Positions 14,341-29,116 of a DNA stretch of 64,000 nucleotides are shown piece by piece. The stretch covers positions 314,774,001 through 314,838,000 of the forward strand of contig OZ024740.1 in NCBI GenBank assembly GCA_964016885.1, written 5' to 3'. This DNA is from Eledone cirrhosa. Taxonomy: Eukaryota. Numbering within the stretch: the first letter of the stretch is position 1; the number at the start of each line of letters is the position of its first letter. The notes under the pieces are model-generated. The model was not told the origin of the DNA and searched no databases. It saw only the letters and a list, made by a program, of their open reading frames with translations. Both the position numbers and the translations under genes were made by a program.

Positions 14341-15989
14341 TTACACATATACATACACATATACGTGCACATACATACGCGTTCAAACATGATCATACAC
14401 AAGACAATGAGAAGGCTTCTATGTGGTCGATTGACTTGTTAGAAATAGCAGCCAAATATTCATATCATCTTAAAACAAGTGGGAGCCTTGCTATGAGACA
14501 TTGAATAATTTAGATATATGTACGCAATGACCGAGAGAGAAAGAGGAGTTTGTCAACGTGGCAACCCTTTTGATTATTGATTATATCTGCTTTATAAAGA
14601 CTGACCTGCGGTTAAATAATATCTACAATGACTCACTCAAGTCAATGTGGTAGCTACTATATAGACGTTTGACCTATTGGAAAGAGTAGCCAAATCTCAT
14701 ACGACTTCATATCATCTTTAAAAAACGGGAACATTGGATACTGCTGTTAGGGTTACACTATTTCTAAAGAAAAAAAAAAAAGAAAAACATTGGATGGTCA
14801 CGGTTGGACGGATTACTTTTTATCCTTTCCGGTTCGACAATATAAAATACCGGTCCCGAACGGCAGATTGGCAGAATTGTTTTGTGTTATTTGTTCCGGC
14901 TCCCTACATTCTGACTTCTGAGATGGTAGATCTAATCTAATCATACGGTTTAATCATTATCTAGTACTTAGGCGTCTTTACGGTTTGAGGATAACTTCCT
15001 CCATTCTTCCCACCAGTCTTCGAAGCCCTTAAAAAGAATAAAAGCTCATTAGCTTTGCTCTTCCTTCCGTGACTAAACAAAAAAAATCCCTTTCTTTGGC
15101 TGCATATTTTCAAGTCTAATGATTTATAAACATCAACCAGTTACATTGATGCCTTTCCAGCAATATTTCCCTGAGAGTATCTGTTAGGTTCATTTGAATT
15201 TATTTCACTGTTTATTTATTTATTTTTTTCTTCAAAGACCGGAAACACGTTTGATGTTTCTGAAGCCACAAACTTCTTAAATATGGCAAAAAAGAAAGAA
15301 ATAGAGAAAGAACAATATTTGCTCAGTGATTGGACATGTGTTTATTCCTTCCTCATTGCAAACATGAAGTTTCTTCAAAGATTTAGATGTTTAAAGTTTA
15401 TTTTGAAAGACAAGAAACGTGTTTCTAATATTTGGGTTTTTGCTTTATGGCGTTATTTATTCTTATAAAGAAGAAAAATGTGTTTCAGAGATTATCATTT
15501 TCATTGAAGAACCTGAGAGAGATAGTCTAAAGAATGCGTAGACACTCATTCAACTTTTTACATAACCACTTTATAAAACTAAAGGTATTAAAAAGAAGAT
15601 TAAACTCCTACTATCAGAATAATGACGCTGGAAAATAGTTTCCTTACTCTAGGGTTTGAAGAAGACCTTGAATTCTGCTGCCTTAATGTAAATAGGCACC
15701 ACAATAAGGACTGTCGACGCTATAAATCGATGACATTTGATGATTTGTAGCACTGCGTTTATATCCTTCCATGGAAAACATTAGAAATGAATTATCACCT
15801 TGTTCACTGCTATTGGCCATCTGTTAAACTACATTAAATTGGGTTAAAAGCAATGTGTTTTCAATGATAAATATTCTCTTTCCAAAAAGCACAACTGAAA
15901 TAGCTTAAATATAACGTTAAATTCATGAATAGCTGTGTGATTGATTAAGGCGTTCACTTCACAACTACACGGTTTCGGGTATTCGTTTC

Positions 15990-16056
<67 letters not shown>

Positions 16057-17353
16057 ACTCTCCCCCCCTCTCTCTCAGTTCACATCCCACTGGAGTCAAC
16101 TTTCATCCATTCGAGGTCGAAAAAAAGTACCAGTCTAATATTTGGATTGTTTTGTCCTCTATATCTCTTTCTCACTTCCTTTCTGTCACTCTTTACCCTT
16201 CTCTGGAAAAAAAAATCTGCTGTATTCAAATCTAGAGAAAAGATGGGCATCACTATGTTTAAAAATGCCATAGAATTGCCGCATGTCAATACGGTACCCC
16301 TACGACTATCTCAGGAGTTACGGAACTATGCATACAGAAAGCCTCCTATCTCTAACTGAAGGGGAAACGTTTGATGTTGCAAAAGAGCAAACCTTCGGAT
16401 TACGTGACATTTTTTATAAATAATTGACTCGTCAATTATTTATTAGGAAAAGTTGAGAAAGTAGGCAACTATATTGATAATCATTGGAACATAAGTACAA
16501 AGTGAAATCCCTTCTTATGCGAATCGAAACTAGATCTCATAATTTGCCAATAGCTTATCTCTAAATATCAGTGCCGGAGTATTTCTTTTGTAAAGGGTCC
16601 TAAGTGCACTAACCCACGTAGTAAAGGTTATTAAGTGTTTACATTGTTCAAACTTTTGCAGTTACTGATACGAAGAGATTGACTTCCTCTGTAAATTATG
16701 TTTTAATTTCTTTACTTACATTTTTTTAATAGTTTGTGCATTATGTGATTTATTTTGGTAATTAATAGGAACAGTTAATGCCATGAATGTTCGCAGAGCA
16801 TTCCCTGTAGGAGTAATAGATCCAGTTACTGTTGCATTTGAATATGTCAGAAAACCATTCCATGAAGATAGTAGCAATGTATTTCACGGTTTAAGAAAGA
16901 TGAGAGGGGGGGTAAAGTGAGAAATAGTGGTGTTGTGAATGGAAAACTGGTTTCTCCTCACCCGAGCGGATAAATCTTTCGCCTTTTAATAAAGATTTCT
17001 GCGAGGAAAAACAATTTAATGAGTCTAAAGACTTATGTTTTAATTCTCTTCATTTCACGTTGCTCCAGTAAACTCAGGTGAAAATAAGTACCTGCAATAG
17101 CTGAGGGTTTAACCCTGCGATGGACGGCGTCCTGTCCAGGTACTCTTAGTCGCTCCGCACTATAAAAACCGGGATAAGCACCGGCCTATTGAGCCTCCGG
17201 GATCGAGACAGATTTTAGATTTTTTTTAGAAATTCAAAACAAGGAATCCTGATTTCCCACATAGACACAAGGCGAAGCATTTAAGAGAAGGAACAGTCGA
17301 TTATACCGATCCAAGTCTTAAGTGGTATTTATTTTATCGACCCTGGAAGGATT

Positions 17354-17640
17354 TCTTCTTCTTTTTTTTTTTCTTCTTCTTCTTCTTCTTCTTCTTCTTC
17401 TTCTTCTTCTTCTTCTTCTTCACCCACTTATTCCTGAGAGGGGGATCCCGAGAGCAGAGTCCCCAAACACTTGTTCCAGCGGTTCCTGTCAGAAGCAACC
17501 GTCTCCAGTTGATCTTGCTGGATCCCCAAATAAGACCAGCCGAGCTCATTGATGTTATCCAATTATTTGCTCTGGATTTACCCCTGGTTCTCTTGTTGGT
17601 TGGTTTTGGACGAAAGATAAAATTGATCTTGAAAGGATTT
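17354..17640 (-). mobile_element. RTE-type LINE 3' end with (GAA)n tail
   Basis: Minus strand KPTNKRTRGKSR..W..DPPLRNKWV resembles the RTE C-terminal GKRxRGRPR..W region, followed by GAA repeats. Confidence 0.55.
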
Positions 17641-18609
17641 TCACCCACAAACAGTTTAATATTGTTATACAACATAACATGGTTGTTGAGACAGCTCGTT
17701 GCTGTAAAGGATGTAACAAAATTTAAAAAATAAAGGAGAGAGCTATAATACAAGCCGTAAAAATTGAAGGTTTTCAATAGTTTTAGACACTGAAGTCATG
17801 TGATGTGACCTTAGATGAACATCAAAACGAGGCTGTTACTTCATTCATCAACGCATAACATATGTAAAGCTTCTGCTTCATAGATAAAGAAAGTTGAAGG
17901 TAACGCAACATCGTTATTAACACACACCCACGTGCATACAAACATGTACGTATACACATACATTATAAAATGTATCAGACTATTTTCTGCTTTCATCACG
18001 TTGGTTTTGATAATATAAACAAGTTAGTTAAAACTACATCGTTCATGTAAATTTTTTAATTTCTCTGTCATGATATGTAGCAGCTTGTTCCCCGGAAAGC
18101 TTCGGTGTATTTAATCTTTAACCTTGTAATTATTGATTAAAAAGATGCTTAAGAATTACACAAACATGTGTTTTGAGTCGCTTCTCGTATATAACCGTTT
18201 ATTTAATCTAAAAAATTAAAATATGTATCAACCGACCCCAAACCCGTATTAGAAAAAGAAACTTGTTTTAATTAACTACAACAAAACTATTGCCTGTTTT
18301 TATAACTGTCAATAAGACATTATCGATTAAGGGATTTCAGTGTAATAAACTGCATATAATGATATAATGCAGTCTTTAATAAGTAGCGTTTATTGACTTT
18401 GTAGGAGATGCAACACAAAATCTCTACTGGTACCTCGTTTAGTGACCCAAGGACCAAAATCCTGGTTTTCATCTACTCGGCCTGTGTATATCATACCTAA
18501 TCTATATATGACGAGCATAAATATAAAAATATTGTATACTGATGCAGATTGGTTGAAGAGAATACTTAAAACATCAATGAACCAATCACATTCCTGCAAC
18601 TCGTGCAGC

Positions 18610-18980
18610 TTGTCGTTGGTGTGCCACTTTAGATGTGCCACTTGTACAGCCAGCCGTTGGAGTGTCATTTTAGATGTGCCACTTGTACAGCCAGTCGTTG
18701 GGGTGCCACTCTAGATGCTTTTGCAGTCAGTCATCGCCACTGGCCTATATTCTTCGTCATGCATAGAAAGGTCTCGGTGTTGTCACCAGTCCAGTCTTTG
18801 ATGTTGTCGGACCAGGATTTTTCTGTCTACTTCTTCTTTGCTTTCCCTCGATTGTGCCCCGAGGGAAGGTTTTAGATAGGGACTCGTGGTGGGACACGTG
18901 ACCGTACCAGCCAAACTTCCGCCTTTTCACCATCACAATTGGTTCCTATCTACCAGCGTATTTGTTGACTTGTTGCCTGA
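18610..18980 (-). mobile_element. RTE-clade LINE 3' fragment with ~41-bp tandem duplications at its end
   Basis: VKRRKFGWYGHV..GTIEGKQRRSRQ..SWSDNIKDWTG..QWR; agatgtgccacttgtacagccag repeated. Confidence 0.75.
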
Positions 18981-20100
18981 AAAAGCTGTTTGCTTTTAGC
19001 ATCCCGTACTTATAACATACATGTCACCAAATTTGCGTTACATTTTCAATTTCTCCCATAACACCACAAAATATTAATAGCAAACCCTTAAACTACATCA
19101 CACGTAACAACAAATATATTTCCAAGTATTTTTTCTGTTGCCGAAAATTCGGTAACATTCGATTACATTAAAGAGTTATTATACTTACGTTTACGTATTT
19201 GTTCTGCAAGATTCCTGATGTGAAATCGTAATTCTGTTGGCAATATTGGCAACATAATCATCCCCAAATATAACAATAGTTAATTTATTTGTATTTCGTA
19301 AAATCAAATGAACGAACCGTTAGATTGGATTATTTTTACTTTATATATGAATAAAATGATTTCAGTTATGACTTACCGTATTTCTCGCCGTCGAAGAAGC
19401 TTCGCCCTTGAGGATGCACTCCAATTTTGACAACCAAAAATTTGAAAAAAAAAAAAAAAATGATAAACATAAAAATAAGGTCCCGGCACTTAGGGTCTTG
19501 TTACCTAATTTTTTAATGATATTTTGTTTACTACTTTAACTAAGTATAATTTATACACTTCACTGAGAGGTCAGATACTGTCTAGCATAGATAATTTTTC
19601 TCTAGGATATTGATGGAATGGTAGAGGCGCCACTTTAACAGTTATATCTAAACTTTATTACGATTTTTACTTTGGATTTATTACATTATGAAATAAAATC
19701 TTGATCTTTTGCTGTGCAACTAATTGCATCTCACAGCGCATCATTGACATACAAAATACCCTAGATAGTATAGGCATATCAACAACAACATCATTAAAAG
19801 TTAGATGATGACGACAACGAAGACAACGACGATGACAGCACTAAAATGCCTTTACTGAAATGAAAATCTTCATTAAAATATATATTTATATAAATTAGTC
19901 AAAGATTGCAGCTGAAAAAGCTAGTGTATAACTCGCCTTCTTTTCTTTCACTTCTCAGCAGGTGTTCAGTAATACATTGCCATATTTACAGCACTGACAA
20001 TCGGTACATACTAACAAAATTGTCCTTATTTCCACATAATTCACCAAGATAGAATTTAGGTCAATATTATGGAGGCAGTTTTAATGGATGTTGCCAACCC

Positions 20101-20455
20101 TCACAGTTGTTGGATTTCACAGACTTAACGAGATCCACAGAACTTCACAGTTGTTGGATTTTACAGACTTAACGAGATCCATGGAACTTCACAGTTGTTG
20201 GATTTCACAGACTTAACGAGATCCACGGAACTTCACAGTTGTTGGATTTTACAGACTTAACGAGATCCATGGATCTTCACAGTTGGATTTCACAGACTTA
20301 ACGAGATCGATGGAACTTCACAGTTGTTGGATTTCACAGACTTCACGAGATCCATGGAACTTCACAGTTGTTGGATTTTACAGACTTCACGACATCTACG
20401 GAACTTCACAGTCATTGGATTTCACAGACTTCACGAGATCTACGGAATTTCACTC
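20101..20455. repeat. 44-bp minisatellite, ~8 copies
   Basis: Unit tcacagttgttggatttcacagacttaacgagatccatggaact. Confidence 0.92.
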
Positions 20456-20724
20456 TTGCTCAAATGGTTTTCTAATCTGCCACAATTCAAATTAAATATT
20501 AAACTGAAATGTTTTACACAGGCAATCAAACTCCCAATCTAGTATGTGACGGAAGTGGGTATAAGAAGGATACATGTATGTTTGGTCCCGTAACTCATAG
20601 GAGCACCGTATTGACATACATCGTTTCTAGGACACTTCTAAAACTTGGTGGATCACCTTTCCAGGTCTGAATACAGCAGAATTCTTCCAGAAAAGGTTAG
20701 AGAGTAAGAAAAATAGAGGAAGAA

Positions 20725-20870
20725 TCAACCCCAGTACTAGACTGGTACTTTTTTATCGACCTCGAATAAATGAAAGGCGAAGTTGACCTCGGCGGGATTT
20801 GAACTCAGGGAGTAGAGAGCTGAAACGAATACCGCAAAGCATTCTATCCGACATTCTAACGAATTTGCTT
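20725..20870 (-). mobile_element. SINE A-related copy
   Basis: gaaaggcgaagttgacctcggcgggatttgaactcag. Confidence 0.75.
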
Positions 20871-21174
20871 CACAAGACGGATACTAGATACATAGATGGT
20901 CGTGTTGATAACACAGTAAAACTGGCAGAAGAGATGTGTTTTCGAAATATTGTTACCGACTGCAGACATTTAAAGTGAATATCAACTACATAGACCTCTA
21001 CTGCTTTCCTCTAACTAGTAAATGAATATATAAGAGTAAAGGGAAGCAAGTCTTGTATCTCATATTCTATAGGACTATAGTTCTATGTTAGCGTACATTG
21101 CGAGTTAAGACCGTGTTATTTCATTATATGGTTTCATTTTAAAGATTGAATTGCATAACAATAGTAATAATACG

Positions 21175-21390
21175 TATTTCTAATATAGGCCAAAGAGCAG
21201 CAATTTGGGGACAGGGGAAAGTCGATTAAATCGACCCCAGTGCGTGACTAGTATTTTATTTTATCGACCCCGTGAGGATGAAAGGCAAAGTTAACCTCTA
21301 CGGGATTTGAACTCAGAACGCAAAGGGCCGTAACTCTATGCCACAAAGCAGGGTGTCCAACGCTCTACCAATACTGCCATTCCACCACCC
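21175..21390 (-). mobile_element. SINE A copy, full length
   Basis: A-box and B-box present; adjacent (GAA)n at 21412-21510. Confidence 0.85.
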
Positions 21391-21841
21391 TACAACAACA
21401 ACAACAACTACAAGAAGAAGAAGAAGAAGAAGAAGAAGAAGAAGAAGACGACGACGAAGAAGAAGAAGAAGAAGAAGAAGAAGAAGAAGAAGAAGAAGAA
21501 GAAGAAGACGTGATGTTGTGGTGAAGTATTTTCGAGTGGAAAATTGAGGGTGTGTGGAACAGCAGAGGAAATACTTGGCTGTAGGTAGAAAAATGAAATG
21601 AGGCTAATCGGAGATAGACGGGAGGCACATGATTCAAGAGAAATGTAAAAAGATTATTGCCGCAACTAATGGAATGATATGGAGAAAAATAACATGGCCG
21701 AGGAAAATGTCCTTATCCTGTAAAGAATGTTGATGACGTGAACGAAATAAAAACGCACAACACAAAACCACTGATGTAAGCTGTTTACCATTGTATGAAA
21801 TATGAAGAGCTATTTAAACATAACGCCGGTGATTTGATGCC

Positions 21842-21890
<49 letters not shown>

Positions 21891-23092
21891 TGTATATACG
21901 TTAATATTTATGTGCAAACGTGCATATACATACATGTTTATATTTAAAACAAATTAAAATAACAGATAGAAGTTTTTAAATCATTAAAACTTTACAATTG
22001 TTTATACACAAAGTTTTCATTAAACGCACAACTAGGCAAACTGTAATCCATAATAATAATGGTGATGACAATAATAATAATTGTTTCTACTTTTGGCACA
22101 AGGCCAGCAATTATCCCAGTGTATTACCGGTACTTTATTTTATCGACCCCGTAAGGATGAAAGGCAAAGTTAACCTCGGCGGGATTAACTTTGCTTTAAT
22201 AATGACAATAATAATAATTATAATAATAATCACGAGAAATACTACTTTACTGTTGTCCATTGTGGTCTCTTCACACGAAACAAAGTATTATGAAAATTGA
22301 AGCACCCAAAAGGTCAATCTCAAAAATCTCAAAAAAGATAGACCGCATAACAGGCCTTGACTAGTTGGGTCGACTAGAAAAGCTCAAAATCTACTCTTTT
22401 CAACGCCACGTGAGCGCAACACTATCTGCATGACGTGGAAAATATTCCACCAGCATTGCCCAAATAATGTTGGCATCAACTTTAAAATTCGCTCACTACA
22501 AAAATCAAACTCGTATCTCACAACATTACGATACAACTATTTCATGTTAAGTTTCCTGTATTCGCTTTTTTACTTTTTTATTTTTTTAAATATTAATGAT
22601 AATATTCGATTCGTTTGTAAGAATGACGGTGTCATTCTACTGACATGATTTTAAAGAGGCTGTTTGCATAATACATCCGTAAGGATGAAAGGCAAAGTCA
22701 ATCCCGCCGAGGTTGACTTTGCCTTTCATCCTTACGGGGTCGATAAAATAAAGTACCAGTAATGCACTGGGTAATTGCTGGCCTTGTGCCTAAAGTAGAA
22801 ACAATTATTATCAATATTTGAAAAATTCAGATTACATTTATTCAGCCATGTAGAGCGATAAACCATTTGTTTCTTATTTGAATACAGCAAAGCCGGCCAT
22901 TAATCGCTCGTATACATGAAACTGACTGGCCTATCTGCTGATATGCAAATCTGGTTGATCAGTGGTTCTGCTAATATGCAGATCTGACTGATCAGGCAGT
23001 CTGTTAATATGCAAATCAGGCCGATCAGTCACTGTATATTTTAGAAAATATCATATTTTCACTAGCTCTGACAGTTGGCAGGTAAGCAGTAT

Positions 23093-23138
23093 ACTGCACT
23101 GATGAAGGGTAATCACCAGAAACATTGGTGTCTGCAGT
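23093..23138 (+). ncRNA. Type I hammerhead ribozyme
   Basis: actgca-CTGATGA-ag ggt aatc acc a-GAAA-CA ttgg TG-TC-tgcagt. Confidence 0.8.
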
Positions 23139-23255
23139 TCTGTTTACATGCCAATACAAGAGCAATAATGATGGCGTCATTCTACTGATATGGCTTTAAA
23201 GAGGCTGTTTGCATAATTGCAAACGAATCGAATATTATTGTTAATATTCGAAAAT

Positions 23256-23444
23256 TGGCGGTGGATTGGCAGTATCAGTAGAGGGTCGGACGCCATGCTT
23301 TGCAGCACAGTTGCGCCCCTTTACGATCTGAGTTCAAATCCCGCCGAGGTTAACTTTGCCTTTCATCCTTACGGGGTCGATAAAATAAAGTACCAGTAAT
23401 GCACTGGGTAATTGCTGGCCTTCTGCCTAAAGTAGAAACAATTA
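23256..23444 (+). mobile_element. Full-length SINE A with 14-bp TSD
   Basis: A-box TGGCAGTATCAG, B-box GAGTTCAAATCC; TTAATATTCGAAAA at 23241-23254 and 23445-23458. Confidence 0.92.
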
Positions 23445-23622
23445 TTAATATTCGAAAAATTCAGATTACATTTATTGTATTCAGCCATGTAGAGCGATAA
23501 ACCATCTGTTATATATATATATAGAGAGAGAGGAGGTTATAGTTCACTTGAAGCATTGTGAAATGAGGTATAAACGTTTGAATATGTATAATAAAGCCAA
23601 AACAATGCAGGTATGGACATAG

Positions 23623-24157
<535 letters not shown>

Positions 24158-24320
24158 GTGTGTACGTGTGTGTGCGTGTGTGTGTGTGTGTGCGTATGTG
24201 TGAGTGTGTGTGTATGTGTGTGTGTGTGTGTGTAAATCTACGTGTAGACATTTAAACATGTTTGATACAACCATATAGTTATTTCGTAATCGTGTTATGT
24301 CGCTCTTTCTCCATCTCTCC

Positions 24321-24371
<51 letters not shown>

Positions 24372-24401
24372 CCTCTCTCTCTCTCTCTCTCGCTCTCTCT
24401 A

Positions 24402-24435
<34 letters not shown>

Positions 24436-24601
24436 GGGAAATGTTTGACCCCGACGGCAGAGCTCAAGCCGTTTCTAGCCGTCGAAACGGCTTGAGCTCT
24501 GCCGTCGGGGTCAAACATTTTCCATTACCCACTCTACTACCCTACGTATTGAGTACTCTGGTGCGTTATGGTCCTTCTGGTTCCTTACCACACCTCCTTC
24601 G

Positions 24602-24603
<2 letters not shown>
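24436..24603 (+). mobile_element. PLE pLTR fragment with inverted 5' arm (hairpin 24436-24523) containing a hammerhead 3' half
   Basis: GAAACGGCTTGAGCTCTGCCGTCGGGGTC identical to 4949-4977; flanked by (TA)n. Confidence 0.8.
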
Positions 24604-24644
<41 letters not shown>

Positions 24645-24647
<3 letters not shown>

Positions 24648-25006
24648 TTATAAACTCAAACAGTCTTTTACAATTAAATAGCTCAAAGAAAGAGATATTT
24701 CTGAGCCGTGAAATACGAATTAATATATGATAAACACTAATACAAGTATATAAGTGTTTGTATTGCAAATGACCAAGTTAGCTAGATTGAAAAATACTAA
24801 TTAAATTAATACAGTTTGCCTGTCTCGATTTAAAATAATAAATCAATAAAAACAAATATGGGTTTGTTTTTATTGATTTATTATTTTAAATCGAGACAGG
24901 CAAACTGTATTAATTTAATTAGTATTTTTCAATCTAGCTAACTTGGTCATTTGCAATACAAACACTTATATACTTGTATTAGTGTTTATCATATATTAAT
25001 TTGTAT
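24645..25006. repeat. Asymmetric fold-back (144-bp arms 24713-24856/24863-25006, left side ~70 bp longer)
   Basis: Direct reverse complementarity; left extension related to 10502-10575 and 11731-11837. Confidence 0.9.
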
Positions 25007-25072
25007 ATATATATAAACGGAAAAAATGAAACGAAATTTCATTTCTCACTCTTAGTACGGCTGTTACTTAAA

Positions 25073-25774
<702 letters not shown>

Positions 25775-26358
25775 CCGCCAGAGCTCTAGGTAGGTTACAG
25801 GGCATATATAGTCTTGAAAAATTGAGTTAATTTGACCAAGATTCTTATCTAAAGAACACACGTTTTCATCATTAATTTATCTATTTTAAAATAGAGGAAG
25901 TAACATGTTATATAATCTAAATCTGAACCAGTTTTATCTTTTAAATTTTAATTTTAGATCTGTCTCATGTGTTGTTGATATACTGGTGGGTGTTAAGTGG
26001 TTAAAAATTTCCTTTGTAACTATGTTGTGCCGGATTCGATCACACTGAGCTATACTGTGAACACATCTCTTTCTTCTTTAGTTACTAGTTGAGCGATACT
26101 TTGAAATTGGAATTTAATAGATGGAAACTATGCAGGACTCTGTTGCGTGTACACTCATACACGCACACACGCACACAGGCGCCCGCATGAGGGCATCCAA
26201 TGCACTACGATTAACAGTATCAAAGGCTTTGGTAATACACACACACACACACACACACATACACAGACACACACACACAGACACAGACACACACACAGAC
26301 ACAGACACACACACAGACACAGACACACACACACACACGCACAGACACACACGCACAG

Positions 26359-26454
<96 letters not shown>

Positions 26455-26644
26455 TGGTATTGTATGGCTGGGTTTTGTCTGCCGCAATTTTCAATTTGTC
26501 AAGATATTTAAATGTATGTTATTACTCTAAGGACCTACCCTTATTGAGTGCTTTGCTACTCATTCCTAATTGTAGGTCGACTTTGCTTGGCCGCAGCCAA
26601 AGCTTCGATTTTACTAAGCTTCCACTTGTATATATATATATATA

Positions 26645-27477
26645 GTAGAATAATCGAGAATCGGAATATCAGCCCACGAAATCACGATAAACAATATCCG
26701 ACATGTGTGACAGAGGGCTCAATAATTTGGATAAATCAGAGCTATAACTATCGTTAAAATACCAACACATAGAGATCATGCCTAAAATCACCCGTGCAGC
26801 GGAAAAAGAACGACCAGGAAGATTCGGGTCACTCAAATAAAATATCAATAAATTAAATGAATGTAAAAATATATATATATATAATTTTTTCTTTCTAATT
26901 TATCGTTATTATATTTTTATAAATATATCGAGACTGATACTTTTCTTTTAATTATTACACTCCCTTACCTCCTTTCTTTCCGCACCTAAGCGTACGAGTG
27001 TCCAGGCGTTTTATGCGCGCGCCTTCATATTCATATATTTACGATGTAACCATTTCTGTCTGTATAATACAGACATATAGATACATTTGCCCTATTTTAG
27101 AATTACGCACACTTTCTCACTATACATGTACATGTACACATATACATATATGCACATCTGTGAGCGTATATACATACATATGCACACACCTAACTATATT
27201 TCTTGATAGATTTTTATATATTTCAATTTCTATTTCATTTATCTATATCTTTTTTTGATTTTCTTGATGTGTTTTTCTAAGTATTTGCCCATGTTTTATA
27301 TTGCCTCGTCTGACGAACGAATGAAGTCGTTTATTTCGTATTCGCCTCATTCGGGAAACCTCTGGTAATGAGGTAATTATATTGTATTGATTTTTATACA
27401 TTAAATTTTGCTCTGATACTTACATAGAGCACTCTTCATTTCTATGACCTTTTCTGTTTCCAACGGAAATTTTAATA

Positions 27478-27480
<3 letters not shown>
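26645..27480 (+). mobile_element. Degraded PLE 3' end (weak GIY-YIG C-terminal remnant plus hammerhead) between TA tracts
   Basis: YPTCVTEGSIIW..*NTNT resembles CxLCxxEK..LLN; clear hammerhead at 27301. Confidence 0.55.
27301..27376 (+). ncRNA. Type I hammerhead ribozyme
   Basis: ttgcctcgt-CTGACGA-a cgaatga...tcattcg g-GAAA-CC tct GG-TA-atgaggtaa; 9 bp stem I including G-U pairs. Confidence 0.85.
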
Positions 27481-27540
<60 letters not shown>

Positions 27541-27543
<3 letters not shown>

Positions 27544-27700
27544 TCCCGGGTTCAATTGGCGGTAACCACAGTTAGTAAGGTACTCAAAACATTAGTAGAG
27601 TGTACACATCAAATCTAATACAGAAATGGCTTCTGCAGGACTAATACTGTTTCATTCAAAATCAATAATGAGAATGAACCAGTTCTAGTCCTGTAGAAGC
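27541..27700 (-). mobile_element. pLTR fragment of the 5491 family with short inverted arm
   Basis: Minus gaatgaaacagtattagtcctgcagaagc..gagtaccttact matches 5512-5620; inverted copy at 27672-27700. Confidence 0.75.
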
Positions 27701-27713
27701 CCCCCCCCCCCCC

Positions 27714-27849
<136 letters not shown>

Positions 27850-28102
27850 CGTCCTAGGTAGTGTACAGAATAATATATTAACACAATATATGTGCATAAT
27901 TTTGGTCAAAAATATAATATAACGTAGTTTATAATTTGAATCTTGTGTTTTCGTTGTTCATGAGAGTTATCAATATGTATACTTTGTTGTTATTAAACAA
28001 CTAAATATATATCATGAAAAAAGAAAGCGCTAGATTTAAATACTAAACTACATTTTATTATACTTTTGACCAAAGTGATAAAAAGAGCCTCACTGTTCTG
28101 AC

Positions 28103-28285
28103 TTGGCAGTATCGGTAGAGAGTTGGACGCCATGCTTTCTAGCATAGTTACGTCCCTTTACATTCTGAGTTCAAATGCCGCCGAGGTTAACTTTGCCTTT
28201 CATCCTTACGGAGTCGATAAAATAAAGTACCAGTAATGTACTGGGTAATTGCTGGCCTTGTGCCTAAAGTAGAAACAATTATCAA
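28103..28285 (+). mobile_element. SINE A copy
   Basis: Matches family consensus end to end. Confidence 0.88.
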
Positions 28286-28378
28286 TATTATATATATATA
28301 TATATGTATATCCGTATGTCGTTGACGGCTGAGAGGAAAGAGTACTCAATACTGAAGTAAAGTTTAAATATCCATTTT

Positions 28379-28482
28379 ATAAAGGCTAAAGAGTGAGTTT
28401 TGTTACTCTGGAGTTTTGCATATTTATACCATGATCGTCAGGCAAAACTCCAGAGTAACAAGATTCATTCTTTAGCCTTAAT
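28379..28482. repeat. Hairpin, ~40-bp arms
   Basis: aaggctaaaagagtgagttttgttactctggagttttgc / gcaaaactccagagtaacaagattcattctttagcctt. Confidence 0.8.
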
Positions 28483-28492
28483 AAAATGAATA

Positions 28493-28859
<367 letters not shown>

Positions 28860-28936
28860 AGGATGGATTCATTTTGAAACTGGCTAGACCATTACTTGGT
28901 ACCGTCGAAACGGCAAGAGCTCAGCCGTCGGGGTCC

Positions 28937-29080
28937 CGACACTTTATAATACACACACACGCGCGCACACACACAAGCACACACACATATATATACATAT
29001 AGACACAGTTTCGTTCGTTTTCTCACTCAATAATTTAATTAAGTCAAGTCAAGTTATTAAAATACAAACCCACTATATAT

Positions 29081-29116
<36 letters not shown>

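Larger units (their letters stand above)
22590..23510 (+). mobile_element. Penelope-like pLTR partial tandem with hammerhead; both repeat units carry SINE A
   Basis: 22622-22870 repeats at 23167-23510; short inverted piece 22591-22617; SINE-free paralogue at 12361-12431 (minus). Confidence 0.65.

Noticed and set aside
23256-23350. SINE heads as tRNA genes
   Set aside because: A and B boxes are present, but there is no full cloverleaf and they are always fused to the SINE body.
28420-28445. Minus-strand CTGACGA in a hairpin spacer as a hammerhead
   Set aside because: No GAAA or stem III. It would point inward, and it was not counted among the oriented cases.
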